DNA from: Chiloscyllium plagiosum
Taxonomy: Eukaryota
NCBI RefSeq assembly: GCF_004010195.1
Contig: NC_057749.1
Location: 8,449,423-8,513,422 of the forward strand
Length of the DNA: 64,000 nt
Direction of reading: 5' to 3'
How positions within the stretch are numbered: position 1 is the first letter of the stretch; the number at the start of each line of letters is the position of its first letter. A program made the translations under genes and the position numbers. Below, one piece after another: positions 26,250 to 39,414 of the stretch. The notes under the pieces were generated by a model. It worked only from the letters and a program-made list of their open reading frames with translations, ran no database searches and was not told the origin of the DNA.

Positions 26250-27235
26250 TGGGAGGTTTACAAGCTGTTCCTAATACAGGCATAGAGTAGAAAAGCAGGA
26301 AGGTGGTGCTGAACTTGTACAAATCACCCATTAAACCTCAGTTGGAGTTTACAGTTTGGCACTAGATTATGGGAAGAACATGAACAAATTGGAGAGTGTG
26401 CAATTTATAAGCACAATTTCAGTGGATGAGGAACCTCAGTCATGAGAACAGGGTGAAGTTGGGACTGCTCTCCTTGGAGAGAAAAAATAGCTAAGACAGA
26501 TCTGATAGATATTGTCCAAAATGATGAGCGGACTGGATAGAACACTCAGGGAGAAACTGTTCCTGCTTGTAAAATAAACAAGAACAAAAGGGCACAGATT
26601 TAAAGTGATCTGTGGGGAGGAAGAACTTCTGGACAGGTTGGGACTTCTTTCCCTGGAGTGTAGGAGTTGAGGGTGACCCTCAGAGGTTTAAAAAGTCATA
26701 AGGGGCATAGATAAAGTGAACAGCAAAAGTCTGTAGGGTGGGGGAGTTCAAAACTAGGAGGAGGAATTTTAAGGTTAGAGGAGAAAGATTTAAAAGGAAC
26801 TTAAGGGGCAATTTGTTTCACACAGAGGGTGCTCGTATATGGAATGAACCGCCTGAGGAAGTGGTAGACGCAGATACAGTTACGACATTTAAAAGACATT
26901 TGGACAGGTACGTGAATAGGCAAGGTTTCGAGGGTTAAGCGTCAAGGGCAGGCAAATGGGACTAGTTTAGTTTGGGAAACCTGCTCGGCATGGACAATTT
27001 GGACCAAAAGGTCTGCTTCCGTGCTGTGAGACTAACTCTAGAGCATAGAATACACTGCCTCAAAGTGTAGTAAAGGCAGGTTTAATTGAGGCATTATTTG
27101 GATAAAAATAGTGCCTAAGAGTATGTGAGAAAAGGAGATTGACACTAGATAATGCTGCTTATTTTAAGAGCTGGTGCAGGCACTATGGGGTAAATGGCCT
27201 CTTTCTGCACCGTAAGACTTCTGTGATTCTGTGAA
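26250..27235 (+). mobile_element. Nested CR1 3' fragments
   Basis: An old CR1 interrupted by a younger CR1 3' end (~26625-27040; WNEPPEEVVDA..FKRHLDRY). Confidence 0.8.
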
Positions 27236-28419
27236 TGTCAGGCAATCTTCATTAAGATCAACTTCAATTTAAATAACGTTGTCAGGCTAAGCTCCTCCTC
27301 ACCCCATGATGGTGGGCTGAGAACTGTTCTGTTTTGCAAAGTTAGTGCGCAAGTCGCATTAATCAGTGTTGCTAAGCAAACTACACACTACACCTACAGC
27401 ATCAGTTATGTGATTACCAGCCCCAACATGATGAACTAAACAAAAACAGAAATTGCTGGTGAGACCCAACAGGTCAGATAGCAGCTGTGGGAAGAAAATA
27501 GAGTTAACGTTTCAAATCTGGTGACTCTCAATGGTAAGAAAGGTGTTCTTCTGTGCTCTAACCTTTATGGGCATCATGAAATGCTTTGCTGCATTAAACA
27601 TATTAAAACTTGCATTCATTTAGAAGGTCCACAAAACTGAAGAAAAAGGCAAACTCAATATAGATTTGTTACCAGGAAATTCAGCTCACATTTACACTCT
27701 CGTTGTAATCTCAGTGCAACATGGACACAGCTACATACGGACACTACAAATTAATAACCCAAAGTCACTGCTTCACCTGACTCTGAATAAAAGACAATGA
27801 GAGCTTCTCTCTTCAGGGAAAAGCTAACCCAAATAAACGCACAAATCCATTGAAAATGTAGCCCAAGAGATGCATACATTTGTAATCTTGAAGCTCATTG
27901 TCAATTATACAATCTTACTTTGCTGTATAAAGCATTTTGCTTAATTTAATATTCTTAAAGTCTCAGCAAAGATCACTGGCAAATTCAGCAGTCTGCAGAG
28001 ACTCCCACACTCAGGATCAGAAGCAAAACCAAATGAATTGTTGACCACCAAAACACTTTAATATTTACATACTTAACCACCGCAAGGCAGTACAGCTAAT
28101 TTTGATTCTTTCGCACTAACCACAATTGCTAATACCAATAAAAGTTAGAGCCAGGTCTTCAGAAATGAAATCAGAAAATACTTCTCTGTGCAAAGGATGA
28201 TAGAAGACTGGACTTTTCCACAAACAGTAGTTGTTTACTAGATTAATTGTCAATTTTAAATCTCTTATGGACAGGACTATGCTTATCCAAAGCTTGCAAA
28301 GATTATGAGGCAAAGACAGAAATGTGAAGTTAGGCTTCAGGTCAGTCATGAGCTAATACAATGGCAAATCAAACTTGATGGCCTTTTCCTCTCCCTTTGT
28401 ACCTCTTGGGCTGAATGGC

Positions 28420-28545
28420 GAAAGTGAGGACTGTAGATGCTGGAGATCAGAGTCTAGATTAGAGTGGTGCTGAATAAGCACAGCAGGTCAGGCAGCATCC
28501 GAGGAGCAGGAGAATCAACGTTTCGGGCAAAGCCCTTCATTAGGA
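28420..28545 (-). mobile_element. Penelope-derived hammerhead mini-element, 9-bp TSD
   Basis: TSD ctgaatggc (28411-28419, 28546-28554). The minus strand reads CTAATGA-A-GGGC-TTT-GCCC-GAAA-CGTT, with a core G>A mutation. Confidence 0.8.
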
Positions 28546-28919
28546 CTGAATGGCCTACATATTGATTCTATACAAATTGGAAAGAAACTGTGAAAATGTT
28601 ATAATTTTAAATTTGATATATTTTTTAAAATCTCCAATAACAATGCAAAGTTGGCAGAATGAGACTCCACATTCATTTATGCAGGTTGGCACAATGACCA
28701 AAATGAGGTACATCACAGCCATTGGTCTTGGCTACATTTGAACACAAGTCCAACAAGTGAAAACCAACAAGTGCTCAACATTGACCCAAGCTGCGGTGCA
28801 AAACGGCCCTTTCTTTTTAGAAAGGAGACTTTAAATAGGAGATATGTTCCACCCAGAATACAAACTCCTGCGAGGACACAAGGATAAGGGCTGTGCAGGA
28901 ACAAAGCAGAATTACTAAC

Positions 28920-29010
28920 CTTTTTGTGCCCGACTTAGGCTGGTGCAAAATCGGTCCACCACCTATTCCTTTCTTCTTCAGGGCTTTCTTGGCTAATTCC
29001 CGATGCTTCT
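28920..29010 (-). CDS. FAM219B: FAM219B coding exon 3 (KHRELAKKALKKKGIGGGPILHQPKSGTK-R)
   Basis: Acceptor tttgatcctcatag, donor AG|gttagt, 91 nt. Matches the FAM219B KHRDLAKAVLRRKG segment. Confidence 0.93.
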
Positions 29011-29491
29011 CTATGAGGATCAAAATACAGTAGAATTTAATTTGGAGGAAGGTAAAAGCAAGTATAAAGTTAACAAGACTTGAAACTCAAAAGAATTCAA
29101 TGCAGGGAAAACCAAGTTCTAAACAGGGTGGAACAAAATAACTGAGCAACTCTCATTCTGAACAGATCCATTTTAGCAGTCCAAGGCTAAAATCACTGAA
29201 TCCAGAGCAAACATTATTTGATCATTCACACACTGTTTTGCATGACTGATGTCATGCTGACAATAAGTAAACTTTGAACAATGGTATTTTTGAAGCTTTT
29301 GCTGTGAATGAGTTCAATCCTTGACCTCTGGTAACAAAAAAAGTAACTCCCTAAGTAGCATTGGACAGATTCACAATCTTTTTGTTTCCCTTCACTAACT
29401 TGTTTTCTTTTAATCGGACAGTTCAATAGCCTTGCTCTCTCAGCACTCAAGATGACAAGTTCATTTGAATAACCATCAGAAAAGTTTAATC

Positions 29492-29800
29492 AGATCAGAT
29501 CAGATTCCCTACAGTGCGGAAATAGGCCCTTCGGTCCAACAAGTCCACACCGACTCTGCGAAGAATAACCCACCCAGTCCTATTTCCCTCTGACTAATGC
29601 GACTAACACTATGGGCAATTTAGCATGGCCAATTCACCTAACCTGCACATCTTTGGACTGTGGGAAGAAACCAAAGGAAACCCACAGAGACACAGGGAGA
29701 ATGTGCAAACTCCACACAGACAGTCACCCAAGGCTGGAATCGAACTTGGGACCCTGGTGCTGTGATGCTGCAGTGCTAACCACTGAGCCACCGTGTCGCC
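29492..29800 (-). mobile_element. HE1-type SINE
   Basis: tRNA head and core, with an (ATCTG)n tail. Confidence 0.9.
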
Positions 29801-30229
29801 CAAAGTTACTGATTTATCCCTGCGAGACACCTCATAATGATCCCAGAATTCTGTCAAACATTTTCTGAGCAATTATCTTTCATCATGGGATCTTTTTTTC
29901 CCCTAACTGTCTCTGTGACAACAATTACGCTGTACACCAGACATTTTGTTGACTTGTTGAGGTCCTTGCTGCCAAACATTCTCTACTGTAGTTTGTCGAA
30001 GGTTTACCAGCACAGTTGATCCTTTGTTGGATCTCCTTTTCACTGCCAAGGTACAAGTTACATTCCAGAGTTTCTCCTTATATCTATGGAAGGTGGAATA
30101 TTTCACCAGGTCTGGATTGATCCAAGTACCATTCTGGGAACATTCAAGGACAAGACAGGTTTCTTGTATGCAGGATTGAAGAGACTGACAATGAACTGAA
30201 AATCTGTTGTGTATGATTATAATCACAGA

Positions 30230-30715
30230 GAGAATGCGATAAACTTTCACCAGATTTGTTCCGGGGATAACGGATCTGGCCCATGGAGAAAGATTGGCAA
30301 CCTAGGCTTGTACTCTCTGGAGTGCCAAAGAATGAAAGATGATCTCAACGGAACTTATAAAAGGAATAAATAATACATAAACAGAAGAGATGCAGATGAG
30401 AAGTTTCTCCTGGTTAGGGAGTCTAGAGCTAGGGAACAGAACTTAAAAATAAAGGAGATGCCATTGAGGACTGTGATGAGGAGAAATCAGTGTGGTGAAT
30501 CTTGGGAATTCTCTGCCCCAGGGGTCTGTGCAAATTCGGTCTAAGCAAACTCGGTCTAAACAGTATATTCAATGTAGAGATTATTAGATTTTGGATTACC
30601 AGTGGTGTAAAGGATACTGGGATAATTTGGGTAAAAGGCATTAAAATGTGTTCACTCAGCCTCGATTGTAATAAATGACAGAGTCGGTTCGACAGGCTGA
30701 ATGGTCTACTCTAAT
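30230..30715 (+). mobile_element. Old CR1 3' fragment
   Basis: LGLYSLE..R..DDL...YK motif and gtggtgaatcttgggaattctctgcccca. Confidence 0.75.
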
Positions 30716-31244
30716 GGATGTCTGCAAAGCGCCCACACTCCTTTTCTTGAATAGTGCCATCTGATCTTTCATATCCACATGCAGACAGGTATAATGTCTA
30801 ATTTAAAAACCAGCATTCCTGCCACTGTAGCACACCCTCATTGTCAGGTTGAATTGTGGGCTCACAGAGTTGACCTTGAACCCAGTTCAGAGGCAAAAGC
30901 ACGCTAGAAATTTCAGAGCTTCCATTCTTACAACGAGGTCAATCTTTTATTTCTTAGTTAGAATTTGTGTTTTGTTTTGTTCGTTTTTGTCACACAATAA
31001 TGCAGCTTTCTGCTAAATTGGTGCAATATTAGAAGCTTTATGTTGCAAAAATCTCCATCTTCAGCACTATCTATCTGCAGCTTACTAATCTCACTTCTTG
31101 GCCTAGCCTGGCCTGGCCTGGCCAGCCTCAGTGTTGTCCTGGATTTGGAGGAGAGCAGAGCAGAAGGAAGAAGGGAAACTTGGCTCAGGAAGCTGATGCT
31201 TAATCAACACTGGTGCAGGATCTATGTTTTCAAGCTCAAGTACA

Positions 31245-32390
31245 CTTATGGATGTAGGTTTGCTCACTGAGCTGAAAGGTTCATTGCCAGACGTTTCATT
31301 ACCCTACTAGGTAACATCTTCAGTGGACTTTATGCAAAGCAATACTGAAAATACCTGCTTTCGATTATATGTTTGGGTTTCTTTGGGTTGGTGATGTCAT
31401 TTCCTTTGATGATGTTATTTCCTGTGGTGAAGTCACTTCCTGTTCCTTTTCTCAGGGGGTGGTAGATGGGGTCTAACTCAATGTGTTTGTTGATAGAGTT
31501 CTGGTTGGAATGCCATGCTTCTCGGAATTCTCGTGCGTTTCTTTGTTTGGCTTGTTCTAGGATGGATGTGTTGTCCCAGTCGAAGTGGGGTCCTTTCTCA
31601 TCCGTACGTGAGGATACTAGTGAGAGAGGGTCATGTCTTTTTGTGGCTAGTTGGCTACAGAAAAACACATTCAGAGCAAATATTGAACTACAGAAGCAAT
31701 CATCCTAACACCCACAAACGAAGCTGCATCAGAACATTGTTTCAACAAGCCAACACACACTGCAGCACAAAGGAACTACTCAGAGCAGAGGAAAATCACC
31801 TATACCATGTGTTCAAAAAGAATGGGTACCCAATGAACACAGTCTGCTGATTTCTCAGCAACAAACCCAAACAAGCAGACAAAACACATCCAGAAACCAA
31901 AGCCACTCTCCCCTACATCAAAGACATCTCAGAAATGACTGCCAGACTACTCAGACCCCTTGGCATCATGGTAGCCCACAAACCCACCAACACACTAAAA
32001 CAGCAGCTAATAAACTTGAAAGACCCTATACAAACAATGAGCAAAACTAATGTCATTTGCAAAATACCATTCTAGGATTGTAACAAACAATACATTAGAC
32101 AAACAGGCAGAAAACTAGCCACCAGGATACATGAACACCAACTAGCCAAAAAAGACATGACCCTCTCTCACTAGTATCCTCACATAAGGATGAGGAAGGA
32201 CACCACTTCAACTGGGACAACACATCCATCCTAGGACAAGCCAAACAAAGACATGCATGAGAATTCCTAGAAGCATAGATTCCAACCAGAACTCTATCAA
32301 CAAACACATCAAGTTAGACCCCATCTACCACCCCCTGAGAAAAGGAACAGGAAGTGACTTCACACAGGAAATATCACCACCAAAGGAAAT
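31245..32390. mobile_element. Penelope-like element: minus-strand 3' copy (31245-31655) joined to plus-strand RT C-terminus + GIY-YIG (31655-32390)
   Basis: YRKTHSEQILNYRSNHP..HKRSCIRTLF..A...CS....EE..L..VFKKNGYP (PLE RT thumb) followed by GIY-YIG. cacttat is repeated at both ends. Confidence 0.92.
31287..31326 (-). ncRNA. Minimal hammerhead ribozyme motif of a Penelope element
   Basis: CCA-CUGAAGA-U-GUUACCU(AGUA)GGGUAAU-GAAA-C-GUC-UGG. Confidence 0.8.
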
Positions 32391-33019
32391 GCTGCAAGCA
32401 CTTATACAAATTAATCCTCTCTTTTGAGGCCATGGCATTTTCCGTTGAAGTCAGTAAACACTTTGATCACTTGCGCCACAGTCCGGTGGGCAACATTAGA
32501 AGAGACTCAGGCATTTTCACGACAAGGGAAATTTTAATAAATGAAGAGACAGCCACTAAAGCTCCTAACAATCAAATTAGTCCATGGTGCATTTCAATAG
32601 GAAAAGTTGTAATCCATCATGCAAGTAAACGAAACATGACCCCAACAGTAACCATGCTGCCTTCATTTTGTACCAGTCCGCTGTGCCAACACTACTTTAA
32701 GCAGACACAGTGAGATGGACAGTGCCCCACAAAGGCTCTGGCTGTTGACACCAATAAGGAACACTGCTTGGGAATACAATGAGGCTAATGTGCCCACCTG
32801 AATTCAAGCGTGACACAGAATTGGCATGAAACAGATATCCCACGAGAAATTAAACGGAATATCGCTCGAAGGCAGAGAAGCTCTCGAAAATGATCAGCAA
32901 TTACAGTCTCATGCATCGTTTTCCATTTAGAGGGGGAAATGGGTTCAAGCAGAAAGCCAGCCATCAGCCAGCAATCTGATCAGAACAAGCAGAAACAAAG
33001 AAATGTGAAATGCCTAACG

Positions 33020-33810
33020 GAGTCATACAGTGTGGAAAGAGATCCTTCAACCCATCATGTCCAAACACCGATCCACTCAAATCCCATTTTCCAATGGTTG
33101 GCCCATTGCCTTCTGTGCCATGGCCCTTCGAATGATTACTTAAACACTTCTGAAATCGTGGAGTGGTTCCTGCCTCTACCACCCGACCAGGCAGTGAATT
33201 TCTGAGACTCACCATCCTCCGGGGTGAAACTATGCCCCTGGTTATTGATCTCTCTAATGAGGGGAAAGGTTTCTTCCTATCTACACTATCAATGCCCCAA
33301 AAACTTTGTACAGCTCAGTTAGTCAGATTCCGCTCCCCATCCACTCCACCCAACCCCCACCTCAGCCCTCTCTCCGCCAAGGAAAACAAGTGCAGACTAT
33401 GTAGTCTCCTTCATAACTGAATCACTCCAGCCCAGACAACATCTGATGAATCTCTTCTATACCCTCTCTAGTACAATTACATCCTTCTTAGGGTTGCCAA
33501 CCAGAACTGTACACTGTATCCAACCTAACTAACATTATATACAGCTCAAGTATCATCTCCCTTTTTTTAATCAATGCCTTGACTAATAAAGGGAATTATC
33601 CTGATTGCTTTTTTAATCATCTTATGCATCTCTCCTGTTGCCTTCAAGGATCTGTGAACATGCACATCAAGGTCCGTCTGATCCTCTGTACTTCCTAAAG
33701 TCCTGCCATTCATCGTGTACTCTGTTGTCTTGTTAACACTCCCAAAATGCATGACCTTTTGTTTTTCAAGATTAAATTCCATTTGCTATTGTTTTGCCCA
33801 TCTGACATGC
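33020..33810 (-). mobile_element. CR1 3' fragment
   Basis: MEFNLEK.KVMHFG..N....YTMNGRTLGS motif and 3'UTR. Confidence 0.85.
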
Positions 33811-34028
33811 AGCCAGGGAACCTGATCAAACTAAAAAATGGCTGACAAGAGTTTAACTTCAAGTATGGACTTGCTACCCTGGATTAACAGTTGCTCATTG
33901 TGTATGCCATCTAAAAGTGATGACTGTTATATTACTGGAAGGAAAAGCAGTGATATAGTGATAATGTCACTGGACATAGCAATCCAGAAGCCCAGGCTAA
34001 TGTTCAGACCTCACCATTGAAAACACAA

Positions 34029-34370
34029 GGGCAGCACGATGGCTCAGTGGTTAGCACTGCTGCCTCACAGCACTAGAGCACTGGGTTCGATTCTAGCCTC
34101 GAGTGACTGTCTGTGTGGAGTTTGCACATTCCCCCTCTGTCTGCATGGGTTTCCTCCGGGTGCTCCGGTTTCCTCCCACAATCCAAAGATATGCAGGTTA
34201 GGTAGCTTGGTCATGCTAAATTACCCGTAGCGTTCAGAGATGTGCAGTTTGGGTGCATTAGTTAGTCAGGGTTTAAACATAGCAAGAGAGGGTTATTCTT
34301 CAGAGGGTCAGTATGGACTTATTGGGCCGAAGGGTCTGTTTCCACACTGTAGGGATTCTATGATTCTATT
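34029..34370 (+). mobile_element. HE1-type SINE
   Basis: tRNA head, core and GATTCTAT tail. Confidence 0.9.
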
Positions 34371-34687
34371 CTAAGAACAGTCAAATCTAAATTCAATAAC
34401 AACCTAGAATAAAAGGAAAGCTAGCATTATGGAGACTATGTGACCACTGCAGATTGTTGTGGTGTTGTGGGAAGGAAATCTGCCATCTTAACCAAGTCTG
34501 GCCACATGGGACTCAAGATCCCACTCTATGTCGTTGGCTCCTAACTTAGGGATGGGCAATAAATGTTGGCCTAGTCAGCAATGCCAAATAAAGGAGTGAG
34601 TGAGTAATTCAGAAGTCCCATGGAAAGTTCAAAACTCACAATGGTAGATTGGGAGTTTAAATACAGTGAATTAATTAATCTTGGTAT

Positions 34688-34980
34688 GAGAGAGAGAGAG
34701 AGGGGGCAGACAGAAAGAGGGACGCAGACAAAGAGAGAGAGAGAGGCAAACCGAGAGAGAGAGCGCGCGAGAGAGACAGAGACAGACAGAGAGAGAGGCA
34801 GACAGATAGACAGAGAGAGAGAGAGAGAGAGAGACACAGAGAGACAGGGACAAGTGAAGACAGAGAGAGAAAGAGAGACAAAGAGTGAGCGAGAGCAAGA
34901 AAGACAGAGCGAGCGAGTGAGAGCAGGACAGAGAGCGAGAGAAAGAGAGAGACAGTGAGAGCGAGGGGGAGCAAGAGAGA
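34688..34980. repeat. Compound (GA)n/(GACA)n microsatellite
   Basis: Directly visible purine-rich tract. Confidence 0.97.
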
Positions 34981-36094
34981 ATGCAGATGAAGATACAGCT
35001 TGATCATGATTGAATCAAGTTGAGTAATGAGAATGATTTTGGATAGAATGTAAGAAACCAGCCAGCTTATGCAAAGGAGGAGAAATGAAAGTAGAAAATG
35101 AAACCAGTCCATCACAGTTGTCAGGATCTGCAATTAATCACACATTGAGTCAAGATTCTTATCAAAAGAGGAACCAACAGCTAGCAGATCATCAATCCAG
35201 AGTTATTTGCTTTTTTTTAAGATGGCAATGGGAAACCACGCATTTCCAGCATCGTCTGACTATGATTTATTTTTCCAGGCTTCACAGCCTCCTTATCCAT
35301 CTTTCTATTGGCTAAGAGTCAGGGACCAGGGAAGCAACCATCTGGGTTATCAGAAAAAAATAGTGGAATTTCTCGAGAAGGGGAATATGAATCCCTGGGG
35401 CAAAATTGAAAAGAAGGAAGCAAAGCAGGGTGGACAGGACGAGGTTGCTGTGTCAAAGAGACAAAGTAGTGGTGGATAACCAACAAGCTTGCTGGTAACT
35501 ACCCGTTCATTCTGGATGCCACCAAACAACTAGTTAATATAGAGGTTAAACATTTAACTACGTTGCTTTTAATTGGACCATTAAGCAGATAGTAGGAGCA
35601 TCAACCCAAATAAAACAATCAAACTGAACTTTCGCTTTATTTTAGAAATGAGGGATGCAAAGAATAAATACTCAAATTGCAAAAATCTCAAAGAAATCTC
35701 TTCAAATTGAAAAGCATTGGTCTGGAATTACCAGAGGCGTGACAACAGTAGCATTCCTCACTGTCTATGAAAATAAAATATATACTCGTCTAGTCCATAG
35801 GCTGCAGTGAAAACATCTGTTCCATCCTTCAGGAGGACCTGGGACCAGGGTAAACAGTGAGACCGCCTAGCGTCATGCTGGCGAGAAAGACATGTCCTAT
35901 TTCAAGACAGTCATCAGCTAAACGACAAATTCTACTTTCTAAATTACATTTCAATGTTTTACAATAGTTAGTACTTTTTAAAACAGTCGCAAAACAAGTA
36001 ATTTGATCACTGCATAACAGTTTTTTTAAAATAAAGTTTTCCAGCAAATCTCTCTCAGACATTAATGGCATATTACTCCATTTTCTGTTTGGCA

Positions 36095-36810
36095 AGAGAT
36101 GAGTGGAGTGCCACTGGGATCAGTGCTGGGGCCTCGACATTTTTTAACCTATATTAGTGACTTGGGTGAAGGAACCAAAGGTATGGTTGCTAAATTTGCT
36201 GATGACACAAAGAAAATGCATTGTGAAGATGAAATAAGGAAGCTACAAAGAGATTTGGGTAGGTTAAGTGAGTGTGCAAAGACCTAGCAAATACAGTGTA
36301 ATTTAGGAAAATATTAAGTGGTCCACTTTGGCAGGAAGAATAAAAAAGTAACATATTACCTAAGTAGTAAGAACTTCAGAGCTTTAAAGTGTAGAGGGAT
36401 CTGGATGTCCCTGTGATCTTCATGAGCGCACAAGACTGCCACGCACGTACAGTAAACAATTAGGAATACTGACAGAATGTAATATAAAGATTTAGTGCTT
36501 CAGTTAAATGAGGCAATACTAAGGCCAACCCTGGAGAACTGTGTACAGTATTGGTCTCTTTACTTAAGGCAGGTTGTAAATACACTGGAAGCAGTTCACA
36601 GAAGGTTTACCATGCTAATATCTAGAATGGGCAGGTTGTCATACAAACAAAGCTTGGATGGGCTACTCTTGTATCTACTGGAGATTAAAAATCAAGAGGC
36701 AAATTGATTGAAACAGAAAATCCTCCGAGATCTTGACACGATGCATGTAGAAAGGATATTTCCTTTTGGGGGAGAATCTAAAACTAGCAATCACAGTTTA
36801 AAACAAAAGG
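36095..36810 (+). mobile_element. Old CR1 RT fragment
   Basis: SGVPLGSVLGP, KFADDTK and LENCVQYWS motifs. Confidence 0.88.
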
Positions 36811-37924
36811 AATGCAGGCCACAACAAGGAAGTGGGGTTAGCACTTACTGCTGGGATAGAACCTTCAGTGGGCCACACAACGCTCAGTCAGCTCGAAACA
36901 TCCCAGCAATGGGGGAAAGCCAACGAACATGGCAGCAACCATTCCTCCCATCCCCACATTACTTTCCATACAAGGTCACAACTCCTCCACAAACCCCCAC
37001 CCGTTGGGGTTCGGGGTGTGTTACATCCCAACTTTGATGTTTCCCTTTTCTTATAAAAGTCAATATAAATGCAACTATTTACTTTTTCCAGGACAAACAG
37101 ACTAAACCCTAATCTTTCTTTGGATGTTTGTCGCAATGGACACGCTCTGAAGGTTTAAAAGATCCTTTCACTTGTGCAACAAAATCTTAATTTGACAGTT
37201 GTTTTTCTATTAATTCTTTGACAACGCTTCACATTGTGAAGAAGTCAGGACAACTATTACCAAGTGAGATGTTTTCTGAGCACATCCCACACCAAGGTGC
37301 TTATGCCTGGGCATAAGCTCAGATAGTGAGTTTAAAAGCAAACATTTGGAAAACAATTGGTGCTTTAAAATTTAAGATGCAACCTTCTCTCAGGAAACCA
37401 AAGTAACAGACAATTTGTTAGAAACCTTTGGTTATTCAAAACCGCTCATTCTTTGGAAACATTTTCAGATCTCTGTCAGGGCTGAAGAGAGATTTTTGAA
37501 AATGGAAGTGCGGGTAACAAGAGTTAGTCAAACTCCAGACTGTGAAAACAGGAAACCATTGCCCTTGTGAGAAGGACTGAGCAGAGAGAAATTGTGTTTT
37601 AAATTAAGAGATTTACTGAAGCTGACCAGAGTTGACATATTCTGCATTTTTGACAGCTATACCAGGAATTCACCGTCAAACTCAGTACGCTCTGTCTCCA
37701 GGTGAACAAGAAACCGAACTGAGATTATCCCTGCAGAATATTAACTCTTTCTCCTTTAAATTTGTGAAGGAGAAAACATACAGAACATAAACTTGATTCA
37801 CTGTTAGCGACCAGTGGGAACAAACTTACATAAGAAGCCAACAATGAGAACGCTTAAGGTTGCTACGAATACCACAGGGCCACAGTACCTTCTTGCAGCA
37901 AATCATTAGTGCAAGTCAACAACA

Positions 37925-38980
37925 TTCAGAAAGTTAGGAGACATGGGATACAGGGAAATTTGGCTGTCTGGTTACAGAATTGACTGCCTGATAAAAGACA
38001 GCAAGTGGTAGTGGATGGAAAGTATTCCGCCTGGAGGTCGGTGACCAGTAGTGTGCCGCAGGGATCTGTTCCTGGGCCTCTGCTCTTTGTAGTTTTTATA
38101 AATGATTTGGGTGAAGAATCGGAAAGGTTGGTTAGTAAGTTTGCTGATGGCACAAAGGTTGGTGGTGTTGTGAAGTGTCGAGGGCTGTTGTAGGCTACAA
38201 CAAGACATTGACAGGATGCAGCGCTAGGCTGAGAAGTGGCCGATGGAGTTCAACCTGAATAAATCAAGTGATTCACTCTGGAAGGTTGAATTTCAGTGCA
38301 GGGTTAAAGACAGGGTTCTTGGCAGTGTGGAGGAACAGCGGGACCTTGGGGTCCACAGACATAGATCCCTCAAAGTTGCCACCCAAGTTGATAGGGTTGT
38401 TAGGAAGACGTACGGTGTTTTGGCTTTCATTAATGGGGGAATTGAGTTTAAGCACCGCGAGGTTTTGCTGTAGCTCTATAAAACCCTGGTTAGACCGCAC
38501 TCGGAATATTATGTCCAGTTCTGGTCACCTCATAAGAGAAAGGATGTAGAAGCTTTAGAGAGGGTGTGGATGTCCCAGGATGCTGCCTGGACTGGAGGGC
38601 ATCTCTTATGCAGGATGGTTGAGTGAGCTAGGGATTTTCACACTGAAAAGAAGAAGGAACCAAAGTGACTTGATAGAGCTGTACAAGGTAATGAGAGGCA
38701 TAGTTGGAGTAGATAGTCAGAGACTTTTCCCCAGGGCAGAAATGGCTGTCATGAGCGGTCATAATTTTAAGGTGAATGGAGGAAAGTGTAGGGGAGATGT
38801 CAGAGATAAGTTTTTTACGCAGAGAATGATGGGTGCATGGAATGCACTGCCAGCAGTGGTAGTAGAGTCAAAGACATTAGGGACATTTAAGCGACTGCTG
38901 GACAAGCACATGGTGTGTATATTAAGTTGATGTTATATTAAGATAAATGCTCAACACATCATCATGTGTTCTATGTTCCA
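37925..38980 (+). mobile_element. CR1 RT to 3' end
   Basis: WRSVTSSVPQGSVPGPLLFVVFINDL and WNALPAVVVE motifs. Confidence 0.92.
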
Positions 38981-39414
38981 TCACTATGTCCAAGTTTCCC
39001 CCCTTATCAGACAATACACCCAACGGACGGACACTTGTTTTTCACAGGTACTAGAACAAGATGTTGAAATTTCCCAGTTAAAACAATTGTGAATGCACTA
39101 ACACCGCAAGGACAGCAGTAACTCAAGAAAACAGTGCCCAGCCACATCCTCAGGGCAGGACAATGCTATGAATTCATCAGCTATCCAGCCCCCCCCTCTG
39201 ACATTCAGCAAATTAATACAACACCAATGTTGTTTCCTACCAGATCAAACTAACTGTCAATTGACTGTTTGTTTAAAAAACAAATTATTAGAAGACACTG
39301 TTACAATAATAGCTCGCTCTTCATCAGTGCAAGCCTATGTTTCACATTTTAGATAACCAAACAGCTAACTTTCAACAGACTCGTGCAAAATTCTGCGTAT
39401 TGATCCCCTCATTC

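Noticed and set aside
34571..35133. ER-rich and LS-rich ORFs
   Set aside because: Translations of the (GA)n microsatellite.
37150..37320. Possible old GIY-YIG relic (KDPFTC..., FSEH) and a GCTTATGCC-tg-GGCATAAGC palindrome
   Set aside because: Too short and degenerate to support a call by eye.
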